DNA of 64,000 nt, taken from positions 192,001 through 256,000 of the forward strand of contig CAWFDF010000008.1 in assembly GCA_963814585.1 (NCBI GenBank), read 5' to 3'. Of the stretch, positions 9,495 to 20,520 are shown in pieces. This stretch comes from an uncultured delta proteobacterium (lineage in GTDB: Bacteria > Myxococcota > Myxococcia > Myxococcales > Anaeromyxobacteraceae). The notes beneath the pieces were generated by a model that saw nothing but the letters and a program-made list of their open reading frames with translations, was not told where the DNA came from and searched no databases. Position numbers and translations under genes: made by a program. Each line of letters begins with the position of its first letter. Position 1 is the first letter of the stretch.

Positions 9495-10190
9495 TCATCC
9501 GCGCAGCGCGGCCAGCGCCGCGGCCAGGTCCAGGGGACAGGGCGCCTCGAGGGTGAGAACCTGGCCCGCCGGGTGGCGGATCACCAGCGCCGCCGCGTGG
9601 AGCGGCGTCCGCTCCAGCAGCACCGTGCCGTCCGGCCCCCGCAGCGGCCCCGCCTCGCCGTAGGCGGGATCGATGGCGAGCGGGAAGCCGGCCGCCAGCA
9701 GGTGGACCCTGATCTGGTGGGTGCGTCCCGTCTCCGGCAGCGCCTCGAGCAGGGCCAGCGGGCCGGGTCCGCCGGCGGGCTCGAGCCGCTCCAGCACGCG
9801 GAAGGTGGTTCGCGCCGGCTTGCCGCGCCGGTCCCCGTGCGGGACCGGCTTCATCCTCCCCTTCCGTGCCGGCGCGATCCCGGCCTGGCACCGGAACTGG
9901 TCCGGGGGCCGGCCGGACACCAGCGCCAGGTAGGCCTTGCGAGGCTCGCCCCGCTCGAACTGCCCATTGAGGTCGCGGTGGGCCTCGGCGGTTCGAGCGA
10001 AGAGCAGGACGCCGCTGGTGCCACGATCGAGCCGGTGGACCACCCAGAGCGGGCCGTGACTCCTCGTGAGCTGATCGCGCAGCGAGACCTCTCCCGCCGT
10101 CCGGCCAGGGATGACCAGCCGGCCCGCCGGCTTGTCGATGGCCAGCAGGACATCGTCCTCGTGGAGGATGGCCGGCGGGTCCGCGGTCAC
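9495..10190 (-). CDS. RluA-family pseudouridine synthase
   Basis: DKPAG, VHRLDRGTSG with catalytic Asp, TGRTHQIRVH, LHA. Confidence 0.92.
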   Translation of the reverse strand: MTADPPAILHEDDVLLAIDKPAGRLVIPGRTAGEVSLRDQLTRSHGPLWVVHRLDRGTSGVLLFARTAEAHRDLNGQFERGEPRKAYLALVSGRPPDQFRCQAGIAPARKGRMKPVPHGDRRGKPARTTFRVLERLEPAGGPGPLALLEALPETGRTHQIRVHLLAAGFPLAIDPAYGEAGPLRGPDGTVLLERTPLHAAALVIRHPAGQVLTLEAPCPLDLAAALAALRG

Positions 10191-11506
10191 GTCACCGTCC
10201 GGGCCGCCACCACCCTGACCGGGCCGAAGCGGGCCAGCTGGGCCCGGAGCCGCCGGGCCGGGCCGACCGCCACCACCACGCGCCGGGACTCGGGGAACCA
10301 GCGCCGCGCCACGTCGAGGCAGGCGGCCGCGGTCACGGCCCTGACCCGGTCCGGGAAGCCCGCCACCTCATCGGCGGCCAGGCCGTACAGCTCCACCTCG
10401 GCCAGCTTCTCGGCCCATTGCTCATGGGTCTCGAGCCCGAGCGGATAGAGGCCGCAGAGGTAGCCGCGGGTGCGCTCCAGCTCCTCCTCGGTCGGACCGC
10501 CCTCGCGAAAGCGCGCCACCTCGTCGAGCGCGACCTGCACCAGCTCTCCGGCGGTCTCCACCTTGGTGAAGGACGAGAAGGCGAAGAGCCCGCCGGCCCG
10601 GCTGGTGGCGAAGCGGCTGCGGACGCCGTAGCTCAGGCCCCGGTTGACGCGCACCGCCTCCATGAGGCGCGAGGTGAAGCCGCCACCCAGCACGGCGCCG
10701 GCCACCAGCCCGGCGGTGTAATCCGGGCTGGCGCGCGGGTAGCCGCCCGAGGCGATCCGGAGCTGCACCTGGGTCAGCTCCGGGCTGTCCACGATGAGCA
10801 CCGCCGGCCCGGCCGGCGGCGCCGGCGGGGCGATCTCGAGCTCCGCGCCCGGCGTCCCCCTCCATCCGCCGAACCGCCTCCCCACCAGCGCCAGGGTGCG
10901 CGCCGGGTCCACCGGCCCGACCACCAGCAGCGTGGCCCTCGAGGGGCGCCAGTGGCGGGCGTGGAACGAGCCCAGCTCGGTGCGGCGGACGGCGGCCACG
11001 TCGCGACCCCGCCCCTCCGCCGGGTGGCCGTACGGGTGCTCGCCGTAGGCGGCCGCCAGCGTGGCCCGGTCGGCCAGGACGCCCGGCTCGTCGAGGTCGT
11101 GCGCCAGCGAGGCCGCCTCGCGGCGACGCAGCCGATCCACCTCGCCGGCCGGGAAGGCGGGGTGCATGGCCACGTCGGCCACCACGTCGAGGAGGCGCGG
11201 CAGCGCCTCGAGCGGCGCCGAGAGGCCGAGCGCCGCGGCGTCCTCGTCGACGCCGCCGCCCAGCTCGGCGCCGAGCGCCTCCACCTCGGCGTCGAGCCGC
11301 TTCCCGCTGCGCCGCCGCGTCCCCCGGCGGACCGCCGCGGCCACCAGGTGCGCCAGGCCGAAGCGCCGGGCCGGGTCCAGCGAGGAGCCGGCGCGGACCA
11401 GCAGCCGGATCGCCACCAGCGGCACCCCGGGACGCGGCGCCACCACCACCTGCAGCCCGCTGGCCAGCCGGACCCGCTCCGCCGGCGGCGCCTGGATTGC
11501 GCTCAT
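10187..11506 (-). CDS. M16B peptidase, non-catalytic subunit
   Basis: M16 fold motifs (GLAHLV lacking HxxEH, LGGGFTSRL...R..RGLSY); ATG overlaps partner stop. Confidence 0.85.
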   Translation of the reverse strand: MSAIQAPPAERVRLASGLQVVVAPRPGVPLVAIRLLVRAGSSLDPARRFGLAHLVAAAVRRGTRRRSGKRLDAEVEALGAELGGGVDEDAAALGLSAPLEALPRLLDVVADVAMHPAFPAGEVDRLRRREAASLAHDLDEPGVLADRATLAAAYGEHPYGHPAEGRGRDVAAVRRTELGSFHARHWRPSRATLLVVGPVDPARTLALVGRRFGGWRGTPGAELEIAPPAPPAGPAVLIVDSPELTQVQLRIASGGYPRASPDYTAGLVAGAVLGGGFTSRLMEAVRVNRGLSYGVRSRFATSRAGGLFAFSSFTKVETAGELVQVALDEVARFREGGPTEEELERTRGYLCGLYPLGLETHEQWAEKLAEVELYGLAADEVAGFPDRVRAVTAAACLDVARRWFPESRRVVVAVGPARRLRAQLARFGPVRVVAARTVT

Positions 11507-12789
11507 GCCCTCGACCCCGGGACCAGGACCACGGCGTTGGTGCGATCGGGCGCGAGCAGGTCGCGCACCACCCGCTGGATCTCGGCCGGCCGGACCCGTG
11601 CGTACTGCTCGAGCGCCCGCCCCGCCTCGCGCCAGTCGCCCTGGAGCGCCTCGGCCTGCCCGAGCGCGTGCGCCAGCCCGTGGTGGGTCCCCAGCTCGTG
11701 CAGCACCGAGCTGCGCAGCAGGGCCCGGGCCCGCTGCAGCTCGCCGGTGGTGACGCCGCGCTCCGCCACCCGCGCCAGCTCCTCGGCGAGGACGCGCTCC
11801 ACCCGGGCCACCTTCACGCCCGGTGACATCTCGGCGAAGATCGAGAACACGCCGGGATCGATCCTCCAGCCGAAGGAGACCCCCACCGCGCTGGCCAGGG
11901 CCTCGCGGTGGACCAGCCGCCGGCGCAGGCGTGACGACTCGCCGACGCCGAGGCAGACCTGCGCCAGGTCGAGGGCGGCGGCCTCGCGCGTCCCGGCCGC
12001 CGCGGCGCGCCAGCCGCACAGCAGCGCCGGCCCCTGCGCCGGGTAGCGGATCTCGGCCCGCCGGGCTCCCCGCTGCGCGGGCTCTCCCGCCGCCACCGAC
12101 GGCGGCGGCGGACCGGCCGGGATGTCCTGGTAGGCCCGCTCCAGCAGCGCCAGCGTCGCCTCCGGATCGAGGTCGCCCACCACGTAGATGGCGGCGTTGC
12201 CCGGGGCGTAGTAGGTGCGGAAGTAGGCCTCGCAGTCGGCGCGGCTGATCCGCTCGATGTCGGACATCCAGCCGATCACCGGCCAGCGGTAGGGGTGGGC
12301 CTGGTGGACCAGCGACTCCAGCGCCTCCTCCATGAGCCCGTACACCGAGTCGTCGGTGCGGAGGCGGCGCTCCTCCTTCACCACCTGCCGCTCCTGCTCC
12401 AGCGCCTCGTCGTCGATCCGGAGCGAGCGCATCCGGTCCGACTCCAGGTCGACGACGGTCTCCAGCGCCTCGGCGGCGAAGTCCTCGTAGTACACGGTCA
12501 GGTCGTTCGAGGTGTAGGCGTTGGAGCTGCCGCCCCGGGCCTCGAGCACGCGGTCGAACTCCTTGGGGCCGTACCTGGCCGCCCCGTTGAACATCATGTG
12601 CTCGAAGAGGTGGCTGATGCCGGTCATCCCTGGGCGCTCGTTGCGCGAGCCGACCCGGAAGAAGGTGGCGTAGCTGAGCGTCGGCGAGCCGGTCTCGCGG
12701 AGCACGCGCAGCCGCAGGCCACTGGGGAGGACCCGGTGGTGGACGGCGTCGAGTTCGATGAGTGGGCGGGGAGCGGCCGGGCGGGTCAT
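11503..12789 (-). CDS. M16B zinc peptidase, catalytic subunit
   Basis: GSRNE...GISHLFEHMMFNG (HxxEH), NAYTS.D.T.Y, HPYRWPVIGWMSD. Confidence 0.92.
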   Translation of the reverse strand: MTRPAAPRPLIELDAVHHRVLPSGLRLRVLRETGSPTLSYATFFRVGSRNERPGMTGISHLFEHMMFNGAARYGPKEFDRVLEARGGSSNAYTSNDLTVYYEDFAAEALETVVDLESDRMRSLRIDDEALEQERQVVKEERRLRTDDSVYGLMEEALESLVHQAHPYRWPVIGWMSDIERISRADCEAYFRTYYAPGNAAIYVVGDLDPEATLALLERAYQDIPAGPPPPSVAAGEPAQRGARRAEIRYPAQGPALLCGWRAAAAGTREAAALDLAQVCLGVGESSRLRRRLVHREALASAVGVSFGWRIDPGVFSIFAEMSPGVKVARVERVLAEELARVAERGVTTGELQRARALLRSSVLHELGTHHGLAHALGQAEALQGDWREAGRALEQYARVRPAEIQRVVRDLLAPDRTNAVVLVPGSRA

Positions 12790-12817
12790 CCAGGATGACC
12801 TTAACCGCGAGCCGGGC

Positions 12818-13048
12818 TCAGATCGAGTCGAGTGGCCGCTTGCAGGCGGCGCAGCGGCCGGCGCGGCGGCGCAGCGGCAGGCCACAGCCAGGGCAGCGGC
12901 GCACCGGGCGTGCCGGCTTCTCCACCGCGGCCCGGCCGTCACCGGTCCCGACCCGCCCCGTCTCCAGCTGCAGCACGCGCTGCTCCAGCCCGGCCAGGCG
13001 GGCCTGCAGGGCGGCGACGGTGCGTGGGGAGGGGGCGCGGCGAGCCAT
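12818..13048 (-). CDS. Small coiled-coil / double zinc-ribbon hypothetical protein
   Basis: LQARLAGLEQRVLQLE coiled coil followed by CPGC..CAAC; upstream of and co-oriented with the M16 pair. Confidence 0.55.
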   Translation of the reverse strand: MARRAPSPRTVAALQARLAGLEQRVLQLETGRVGTGDGRAAVEKPARPVRRCPGCGLPLRRRAGRCAACKRPLDSI

Positions 13049-13143
13049 CGCGACGAGCCTAGACGGCCCGGTGGCCGACGCAACTTTCCTTCGGGACACT
13101 TCGCCGAGCAGGCCTGCCAGACCGCGTGTAGGCTCGGGGGCGA

Positions 13144-14739
13144 ATGAGCTCCGACCTCCAGCCACCGGGCCTCCCCGCCTGGGAGACCCCCGAGATCCAG
13201 CGCCTGCTGGCCGAGCCCGTGACCGGCCGGCGAGAGGTGCCGGCGGCGCGCCAGGTCTTCGTCAACCGCACGCTCCGCATGGACAAGATCGAGGCGGTCG
13301 GCTTCGACATGGACTACACCCTGGCCATCTACCAGCTCCGCCACATGGAGGCGCTGGCCTTCCGGATGACCGCCGAGCTGATGGTGTCCCGCTTCGGGTA
13401 CCCGGCCGAGCTGCAGGACGTCGCCTACGACCCCGACTTCGTCATCCGCGGGGTGGTGGTGGACAAGCAGCAGGGCAACCTCTTCAAGATGGACCGCCAC
13501 AACCACGTGGGGCGCGGCGTCCACGGCCGCCGCCCCATCCCCCACGCGGCCATCCACAGGCTCTACCGCGAGGAGAAGATCCACCTCGGGTCGCCGCGCT
13601 TCGCCTGGCTCGACACGCTCTTCGCCCTCCCGGAGGGCTGCCTCTTCGCCGAGGCCATCGAGCTGCTCGAGCGGACCGGCGCCGAGGTGGACTACACCCG
13701 GCTCTACGACCACATCCGCGAGGCCATCGACACCGTCCACCGCGACGGGACGCTCAAGCGGGTGGTGCTCTCCGACCTGCCGCGCTACCTGGTGCGTGAC
13801 CCGGAGCTGGGGCCGGCTCTCCACAAGCTCCGCTCCGGCGGCAAGCGCCTCTTCCTGCTCACCAACTCCCTCGCCGACTACACCGACGCGGTCATGCGCC
13901 ACGTCCTCGACGGCGTCATGCCCGAGTACGCCTCCTGGCGCAGCTACTTCGACGGCATCGTCACCGGGGCCGGAAAGCCCGGCTTCTTCAGCGAGCGGCG
14001 GCCGCTGCTGCAGCTCGGCCCCGACGGCACGCCGGCGGGCGAGGCGGCCTCGCTGGAGCGGGGCAGGCTGTACCAGGGTGGCGACCTGGGGCGGCTGGAG
14101 GAGCTGCTCGGGATCGGCGGGGACCGGGTGCTCTACGTGGGGGATCACATCTACGGCGACATCCTCCGCTCGCGGAAGAGCTCGCTATGGCGGACCGCGC
14201 TGGTCGTCGAGGAGCTGGAACGCGAGCTGACCTGGCTCGACGGCCACCGCGAGACGCTCGGCGAGCTGGCGCGGCTGGAGGGGCTCCGCACCCGCCTGGA
14301 GGACGCCGTCGCCTCGCACCGCACGGCGCTGAACCAGGCCGAGCGGCGGCGCGACCGGGCGGGGAACGGCGAGGTGGCCGGGCTGGAGGAGCCCTCGAGG
14401 CGGATCCGGCTGGAGCTGGAGCGGCTGCGCGCGGCGCTGCGCGGGGCCGACGAGCGCATCGAGGCGCTGGCCCGGGACCTGGAGACGGGCGTCAACGCCA
14501 CCTGGGGCTTCCTCTTCAAGGAGGGGAACGAGAACTCGCGCTTCGGCGAGCAGGTGGAGGACTACGCCTGCCTCTACACCAGCCGCGCCTCCAACTTCGG
14601 CTACTACTCCCCGATGGAACGGTTCCGCTCCCCGCGCGCCGCCATGCCCCACGAGCGCGCCACCGTGGTCCTCTCGATCTGGGGCGAGGAGCACGGCCAG
14701 GCCGCCGCCGCCGCGCGCCCGTCCAAGGCACCGCGCTGA
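13144..14739 (+). CDS. HAD-IG family cytosolic 5'-nucleotidase (cN-II-like)
   Basis: VFVNRTL, GFDMDYTLA, LFLLTNS, KPGFF, YVGDHIYGDI. Confidence 0.93.
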   Translation: MSSDLQPPGLPAWETPEIQRLLAEPVTGRREVPAARQVFVNRTLRMDKIEAVGFDMDYTLAIYQLRHMEALAFRMTAELMVSRFGYPAELQDVAYDPDFVIRGVVVDKQQGNLFKMDRHNHVGRGVHGRRPIPHAAIHRLYREEKIHLGSPRFAWLDTLFALPEGCLFAEAIELLERTGAEVDYTRLYDHIREAIDTVHRDGTLKRVVLSDLPRYLVRDPELGPALHKLRSGGKRLFLLTNSLADYTDAVMRHVLDGVMPEYASWRSYFDGIVTGAGKPGFFSERRPLLQLGPDGTPAGEAASLERGRLYQGGDLGRLEELLGIGGDRVLYVGDHIYGDILRSRKSSLWRTALVVEELERELTWLDGHRETLGELARLEGLRTRLEDAVASHRTALNQAERRRDRAGNGEVAGLEEPSRRIRLELERLRAALRGADERIEALARDLETGVNATWGFLFKEGNENSRFGEQVEDYACLYTSRASNFGYYSPMERFRSPRAAMPHERATVVLSIWGEEHGQAAAAARPSKAPR

Positions 14740-14782
14740 CGGGAGCTTGACCGGCCGTCGCCCCTCCCGTACACCCGGTGAC

Positions 14783-14881
14783 GGCAGGGCGTCCTGGGCT
14801 GGTGCCGGGCCCGGTCTTCAAAACCGGTGAGTGGTGCTGAGAGGCGCTGCTGGGGGGTTCGATTCCCCTGCCCTGCCGCCA
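14783..14881 (+). tRNA. selC: tRNA-Sec (UCA)
   Basis: 8-bp acceptor GGCAGGGC/GCCCTGCC, anticodon arm CCGGT-CTTCAAA-ACCGG, long variable arm, GTTCGATT T-loop, G discriminator plus CCA. Confidence 0.93.
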
Positions 14882-14895
14882 CCCTCCTCCGGCCG

Positions 14896-15096
14896 CTACT
14901 CGACCTTGAAGCCGACGCGGATGGTGACCTGGAACTCGGCCACCTTGCCGTCCTTGATGCTGCCGCGCTGCTCGGCGACCTCGAACCAGCTCATCTGGCG
15001 CAGCGACTTGCCGGCCTCGGCCACCGCGGCCTTGACGGCCTCGGCGAAGCTGACCTTCGACGTCCCCACGATCTCGATCTTCTTGTAGACGGCCAT
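14896..15096 (-). CDS. Dodecin (flavin-binding protein)
   Basis: VYKKIEIVGTS, WFEV.E.RG.I.DG.V..FQV...VGF; 66 aa. Confidence 0.93.
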   Translation of the reverse strand: MAVYKKIEIVGTSKVSFAEAVKAAVAEAGKSLRQMSWFEVAEQRGSIKDGKVAEFQVTIRVGFKVE

Positions 15097-15151
15097 GCGT
15101 CACTCCTGGGTGGTGGCCCCCGCCCCGCCGAGGCGGGCCAGGAGCGGTTGA

Positions 15152-17116
15152 TCAGCGCTCCTGCAGGTAGGTGTACCCCTTCATGACGGCCTCGTAGAAG
15201 TCGCCGAGCGAGACGCCGTCCTTGGGGCGGATGGTGCCGTCCTTGATCCGCTGGTCGAGCTCGTTCTTGACGCGGCGGAAGAGGTCGGAGGGCTCGTACT
15301 GCACGCGGGAGAGCACCTTGGCGATGGTCTCGCCGGGGATGTACTCCTCGATGTAGAAGTCCTCCGGGTCCTCGTCGTCGGCGAACACGTGGAGCTCGTT
15401 GACCCGGCCGAAGAGGTTGTGCATGTCGGCGAGGATGTCCTGGTAGGCGCCGGTGAGGAACATGCCCAGGTAGTAGGGCTCCCCGGGGCGGAGCGGGTGG
15501 AGCGAGAGCGTCTCGTCGACCCCATCCCCCTCGATGAACCGGTCGATCTTGCCGTCCGAGTCGCAGGTCACGTCGACGATGGTGCAGTCGCGGGTGGGCG
15601 GCTCGTCCATGCGGTGCAGGGGGATGATGGGGAAGAGCTGGTCGAAGGCCCAGTGGTCGGGGGCGCTCTGGAAGAGCGAGAAGTTGGCGAGGTACTGATC
15701 GGCGATCTTGTCGCCGAGGTCCTTGGTCTCGCGGGGCAGCCGCTTCTTGCCCCGGTTCATCTCGGCGATGCCCCGGGCCAGCTTCCAGAAGAGCGACTCG
15801 ACCACGGCGCGCTCCTCCAGGCCCAGCAGCCCCAGCTTGAACATCTGCAGCGCCTCCTCCTTCTTGGCGGCGGCGTCGTGGTAGGCCTCGGCCCGGTTGC
15901 GGGCCGTCAGCGCGGAGACGATCTCGCGCATCTCGCGGACGATCTTGGCCTCGCTCGGCTGCGGCACCGAGGCGGCTGCGATCTCCTCGGCCGAGCCGAT
16001 CTCGATGTGGCCGAAGACGTTCATGATGACGCAGCTGTGGTGGGCGGCGATGGCCCGCCCCGACTCCGAGACCAGGTGCGGCTCCGGCACGCCCTCGTTC
16101 CCGCAGATCCGCTGCAGGCTGTAGACGACGTCGTCGACGTACTCGTCCATGGAGTAGTTGATGGAGGAGGAGTGGCCGCTCATGCGGGTGCCGACGTAGT
16201 CGACTCCCAGGCCGCCGCCCACGTCGAAGTACTCGATGGGCAACCCCATCTTGCGCAGCTTGGCGTAGACCCGGGCCCCCTCGTTGACGGCGTCCTTGAC
16301 CACCCGGATCTCGGTGAGCTGCGAGCCGACGTGGAAGTGCAGCAGCTTGGCGCAGTGCTCCTTGCCGGCCTCCTTGAGGATCCGCACGGCGTGGATCATC
16401 TCGGGGATGGTGAGGCCGAACTTGGCGAAGTCGCCCGAGGAGCCCTCCCACTTGCCGGTGCCGCGGGTGCTCAGCTTGGAGCGCAGCCCGACCATGGGCT
16501 CGACCTGCATCTCCTCGGCGAGGCGCAGCAGCGCCGGCAGCTCGGAGAGCTTCTCGATGACCACGATCACCTTGCGCCCCAGCTTGCGCCCCAGCAGGGC
16601 CAGCCGCAGGTAGTCGTCGTCCTTGTAGCCGTTGCAGATGGTGAGCGCCTCGGGATCGGTGTTCATCGCCAGCACGATGAGCAGCTCGCCCTTGGAGCCG
16701 GCCTCGAGCCCGTAGTGGTACGGGGCGCCGGCGTCGACGATCTCGTCGACCACCTCGCGCATCTGGTTCACCTTGGTGGGGTAGACGCCGTAGTAGCGCC
16801 CGGCGTAGCCCTGCTCGGCCACCGATCGCGCGAAGGACTCGTTGATCTGCTTGACCCTGGCGCGCAGCACGTCCTGGAAGCGGACCACGCAGGGGAAGCC
16901 GATGCCGCGCTCCCGGATGTCCTCGACCACGTCCATCAGGTCGATGACCGGGCCGGGCTGCCCATGGGGGTGGACCACCACGTGCCCCTTGTCGTTGACC
17001 GAGAAGTACCCGGCCCCCCACCCGGCGATGTTGTAGTACTGCGTGGCGCGCTCGATCGACCAGTCCGACGGGGCCATGGCCGTCGTGGCGTCGCTTCTCG
17101 GCTCGGGCAAGGTCAT
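15152..17116 (-). CDS. speA: Biosynthetic arginine decarboxylase
   Basis: [14 protein letters not shown] (PLP Lys), [51 protein letters not shown]; start could also be 17078. Confidence 0.95.
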   Translation of the reverse strand: MTLPEPRSDATTAMAPSDWSIERATQYYNIAGWGAGYFSVNDKGHVVVHPHGQPGPVIDLMDVVEDIRERGIGFPCVVRFQDVLRARVKQINESFARSVAEQGYAGRYYGVYPTKVNQMREVVDEIVDAGAPYHYGLEAGSKGELLIVLAMNTDPEALTICNGYKDDDYLRLALLGRKLGRKVIVVIEKLSELPALLRLAEEMQVEPMVGLRSKLSTRGTGKWEGSSGDFAKFGLTIPEMIHAVRILKEAGKEHCAKLLHFHVGSQLTEIRVVKDAVNEGARVYAKLRKMGLPIEYFDVGGGLGVDYVGTRMSGHSSSINYSMDEYVDDVVYSLQRICGNEGVPEPHLVSESGRAIAAHHSCVIMNVFGHIEIGSAEEIAAASVPQPSEAKIVREMREIVSALTARNRAEAYHDAAAKKEEALQMFKLGLLGLEERAVVESLFWKLARGIAEMNRGKKRLPRETKDLGDKIADQYLANFSLFQSAPDHWAFDQLFPIIPLHRMDEPPTRDCTIVDVTCDSDGKIDRFIEGDGVDETLSLHPLRPGEPYYLGMFLTGAYQDILADMHNLFGRVNELHVFADDEDPEDFYIEEYIPGETIAKVLSRVQYEPSDLFRRVKNELDQRIKDGTIRPKDGVSLGDFYEAVMKGYTYLQER

Positions 17117-17236
17117 CTCCCCGACGTGATTACAGGAGAGCGGCGAAAAAATGAAGGGCGCCGGCGACCCATCGACGCAGGCGCGCCCTGGCGCGAAGCG
17201 GTAGAAGAGGGCGCCACACTCGCCCGGGAGGCCGAC

Positions 17237-18430
17237 GTGATCCGCGACTTCGACGCCCACCTCGCCGCCCAGCTGGCCCGCCTCGAGGCCGACGGCCTCC
17301 TCAAGCCGGAGCGGGTCCTGACCAGCCGGCAGGGCGCCTGGGTCGAGACCGGCGGGCGGAGGGTCATCAACCTCTGCGCCAACAACTACCTCGGGCTGGC
17401 GGGCCGGCCCGAACTGGTGGAGGCCGGCAAGGAGGCGCTGGAGCGCCACGGCTTCGGCCTCTCCTCGGTCCGCTTCATCTGCGGCACCCAGGACGTCCAC
17501 AAGGCGCTGGAGGCGCGGCTGGCCGGCTTCCTCGGCTTCGAGGACGCCATCCTCTTCTCCTCCTGCTTCGACGCCAACGGCGGCGTCTTCGAGGCGCTGC
17601 TCGGCGAGGAGGACGCCGTCGTCAGCGACGCCCTCAACCACGCCTCGATCATCGACGGCATCCGGCTCTGCAAGGCGAGGCGGTTCCGCTACGCCAACGG
17701 CGACCTGGCCGACCTGGGCGCGCAGCTGGCCGCCGCCGACGCCGCCGGGGCCCGCTTCAAGCTGGTGGTCACCGACGGCGTCTTCAGCATGGACGGCTAC
17801 CTGGCCAAGCTGCCGGCCATCTGCGACCTGGCCGAGAAGCACGGGGCGCTGGTGATGGTCGACGACAGCCACGCCGTCGGCTTCATGGGCGAGCACGGGC
17901 GCGGCACCCACGAGCACCACGGGGTCATGGGGCGGGTCGACCTGGTCACCGGCACCCTCGGCAAGGCGCTGGGCGGCGCCGCCGGCGGCTACGTGGCCGG
18001 CTCCAGGCCCATGGTCGCCTGGCTGCGGCAGAAGGCTCGCCCCTACCTCTTCTCCAACACGCTGCCGCCGGTCGTTGCCGGGGTGAGCCTGCACGTGCTC
18101 GACCTGCTGGGGCAGGGAGACGACCTGCGCCGCCGGCTTCGCGCCAACGCCGCGCACTTCCGGGCCGCCATGACGGCGCTCGGCTTCACCCTGCTGCCGG
18201 GCGAGCACCCCATCATCCCGGTGATGCTCGGCGAGGCGCCGCTGGCGCAGGCGTTCGCGCGGCGCCTCCTCGAGGAGGGGGTGTACGCCGTCGGCTTCTT
18301 CTTCCCGGTGGTGCCGAGAGGCGAGGCCCGCATCCGCACCCAGATGAGCGCCGCCCACACCCACGAGGATCTCGACCTCGCCATCGCCGCGTTCGCCAGG
18401 GTCGGCCGGGCGCTCGGCGTCATCCGCTGA
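17237..18430 (+). CDS. kbl: Glycine C-acetyltransferase (2-amino-3-ketobutyrate CoA ligase)
   Basis: [39 protein letters not shown] start with GGAG RBS; adjacent to tdh. Confidence 0.95.
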   Translation: MIRDFDAHLAAQLARLEADGLLKPERVLTSRQGAWVETGGRRVINLCANNYLGLAGRPELVEAGKEALERHGFGLSSVRFICGTQDVHKALEARLAGFLGFEDAILFSSCFDANGGVFEALLGEEDAVVSDALNHASIIDGIRLCKARRFRYANGDLADLGAQLAAADAAGARFKLVVTDGVFSMDGYLAKLPAICDLAEKHGALVMVDDSHAVGFMGEHGRGTHEHHGVMGRVDLVTGTLGKALGGAAGGYVAGSRPMVAWLRQKARPYLFSNTLPPVVAGVSLHVLDLLGQGDDLRRRLRANAAHFRAAMTALGFTLLPGEHPIIPVMLGEAPLAQAFARRLLEEGVYAVGFFFPVVPRGEARIRTQMSAAHTHEDLDLAIAAFARVGRALGVIR

Positions 18431-18440
18431 AGGAGCCCGC

Positions 18441-19466
18441 ATGAAGGCGCTGGTCAAGTCACGGCCCACCGAGGGCATCTGGATGGTCGGCGACGCGCCG
18501 GAGCCGGCGGTGGGCGTCCACGACGTGCTCATCCGCATCAAGAAGAGCGCCATCTGCGGCACCGACGTCCACATCTACAACTGGGACGAGTGGAGCCAGA
18601 AGACCATCCCGGTGCCGATGATCGTCGGCCACGAGTACGTCGGCGTGGTGGAGCGGGTCGGCGCCGAGGTGGAGGCCTTCGAGCCGGGCGACCGGGTCAG
18701 CGGTGAGGGGCACCTCACCTGCGGCTTCTGCCGCAACTGCCGCGCCGGCCGGCGCCACCTCTGCCGCCACACCGTGGGCGTGGGCGTCAACCGGCCCGGC
18801 TCCTTCGCCGAGCTGCTCAGCCTGCCGGCGGTCAACGTCTACCGGATCCCCGACGACGTCCCGGACGAGATCGCCGCCATCTTCGACCCGTACGGCAACG
18901 CCGCCCACACCGCCCTCTCCTTCGATCTGGTCGGCGAGGACGTGCTCATCACCGGCGCCGGCCCCATCGGCGTGATGGCGGCCGCCATCGCGCGGCACGT
19001 CGGGGCGCGCCACGTGGTGGTGACCGACGTCAACGACTACCGGCTGGCGCTGGCCGCCCGGGTCGGCGCCACGCGGACCGTCAACGTGGCCCGGGAGGAG
19101 CTGCGGGAGGTCATGGCCCAGCTCGGCATGAAGGAGGGCTTCGACGTCGGCCTGGAGATGAGCGGCAACGGTCGTGCCTTCCGCCAGCTGCTCGAGGTGA
19201 TGAATCACGGCGGCAAGGTGGCGCTGCTCGGGATCATGCCTGGGCAGGAGGCCATCGACTGGAGCCAGGTGGTCTTCAAGGGGCTCCTCCTCAAGGGCAT
19301 CTACGGGCGGGAGATGTTCGAGACCTGGTACAAGATGGTCGCCATGCTGCAGAGCGGCCTCGACCTCTCCGCGGTGGTCACCCACCGCTTCCCCATCGAC
19401 CGTTTCCAGCAGGGCTTCGACGCCATGCGGAGCGGGCAGTCGGGGAAGGTGGTGCTGGAGTGGTGA
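18441..19466 (+). CDS. tdh: L-threonine 3-dehydrogenase
   Basis: [39 protein letters not shown]. Confidence 0.96.
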   Translation: MKALVKSRPTEGIWMVGDAPEPAVGVHDVLIRIKKSAICGTDVHIYNWDEWSQKTIPVPMIVGHEYVGVVERVGAEVEAFEPGDRVSGEGHLTCGFCRNCRAGRRHLCRHTVGVGVNRPGSFAELLSLPAVNVYRIPDDVPDEIAAIFDPYGNAAHTALSFDLVGEDVLITGAGPIGVMAAAIARHVGARHVVVTDVNDYRLALAARVGATRTVNVAREELREVMAQLGMKEGFDVGLEMSGNGRAFRQLLEVMNHGGKVALLGIMPGQEAIDWSQVVFKGLLLKGIYGREMFETWYKMVAMLQSGLDLSAVVTHRFPIDRFQQGFDAMRSGQSGKVVLEW

Positions 19467-19504
19467 ACGGCTCGACCCCGGCGACGAACGCGGCCGGGGC
19501 GAAG

Positions 19505-19591
19505 CGAGACCAATTCTCACTTACTTGACGCCGATCAAGGATCGGGCCCTGGGCCCGGTCTAGGTTTGGCGAATAGTGAGACTTCTTCTCG
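19505..19591 (+). promoter_or_regulatory. Putative FNR-type class II promoter flanked by two Fur-like palindromes
   Basis: TTGACGCCGATCAA (19525-19538) vs TTGAT-N4-ATCAA; TAGGTT -10-like at 19561; GAGA-N5-TCTC palindromes at 19505-19519 and 19577-19591. Confidence 0.5.
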
Positions 19592-20415
19592 TTGTCGCGT
19601 CCTGTGGCTGGTTCCATCCATCCCCTCGCGTGGGTCGGCCGGTCTATCGAACGAGCAGCTCCACCCGGCCAGTCAGACTGGCTCGTGCTCTGCTCTTGCT
19701 GCTCTTTTCGCTCCATCCGCGCCTCGCGTGGTCCTCCCCACCCGAGTCCACCGAGGAGTCCACCGAACTGGTCATCGAGGCGCTTTACCTGTGCGACCCG
19801 GTCCCGCCCGGCGGACACGAGGTGAGCCTTGCCACCACGTTCGTGCCAGGCGCTACCAGGGACTCCGCCGGGGCTCTCATCATGGAGCCGCTCCCCCGCG
19901 TCCAGGTCGCCGTGGCCTTCTCCGATCGCCTGGGCCTCACCGCGGACGTCGGCCTAGCCACCGAGCAGGGGCGCCTGGTCACCGACGCCCCGAGCGCCTC
20001 GCTCAAGTACCTCCTGATCGACCCGGCGGGCGGCCGGGTCGGGCTCGCGGCGTCGCTCGACCTCCTCGGCTCGACCCGGTCCCTCGCCGAGTCCGAGCTC
20101 GGAATCGGCCTCGGCACCCTGCGGGGGATCGGCCCGATCACGGTGCGTGCCGGCCTGGCCGCCGCCACGACCACCGGGGCGTGGGCTCCGCACCTGCACG
20201 CCGGGGCCTCGGCGGCGTTGGCGCTCTCCTCCCGCGTGCGGGCGCTGGCCGAGGTGGTGGCCAGCGTGGGAAGCGGAGCGCGGACGGTGGCTGCCGGCCC
20301 GACGATCAAGGTGGCGCTGGCTCCCGCGACCTCGCTGACCCTCGGCGCGCTGCTCCCGGTCAGCCCGGGCGCCGGCCCGATGCTGGTCACGCTGCAGGTC
20401 GCCCAGGGGATCTGA
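19576..20415 (+). CDS. Exported hypothetical protein, probable outer-membrane beta-barrel (start uncertain, possibly 19630)
   Basis: Signal-peptide-like RLARALLLLLFSLHPRLAWS followed by alternating amphipathic beta strands. Confidence 0.55.
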   Translation: MRLLLVVASCGWFHPSPRVGRPVYRTSSSTRPVRLARALLLLLFSLHPRLAWSSPPESTEESTELVIEALYLCDPVPPGGHEVSLATTFVPGATRDSAGALIMEPLPRVQVAVAFSDRLGLTADVGLATEQGRLVTDAPSASLKYLLIDPAGGRVGLAASLDLLGSTRSLAESELGIGLGTLRGIGPITVRAGLAAATTTGAWAPHLHAGASAALALSSRVRALAEVVASVGSGARTVAAGPTIKVALAPATSLTLGALLPVSPGAGPMLVTLQVAQGI

Positions 20416-20520
20416 CGGCGTCGCCCGCCCGGCGAGATCCCGGCGCCGGGCCCGCCGGGATGCCGGCGAGGTGGAGGCCAGGCCCGCCGCGGATCAGGCC
20501 CGCTGGCCACCGCTGCCGCC

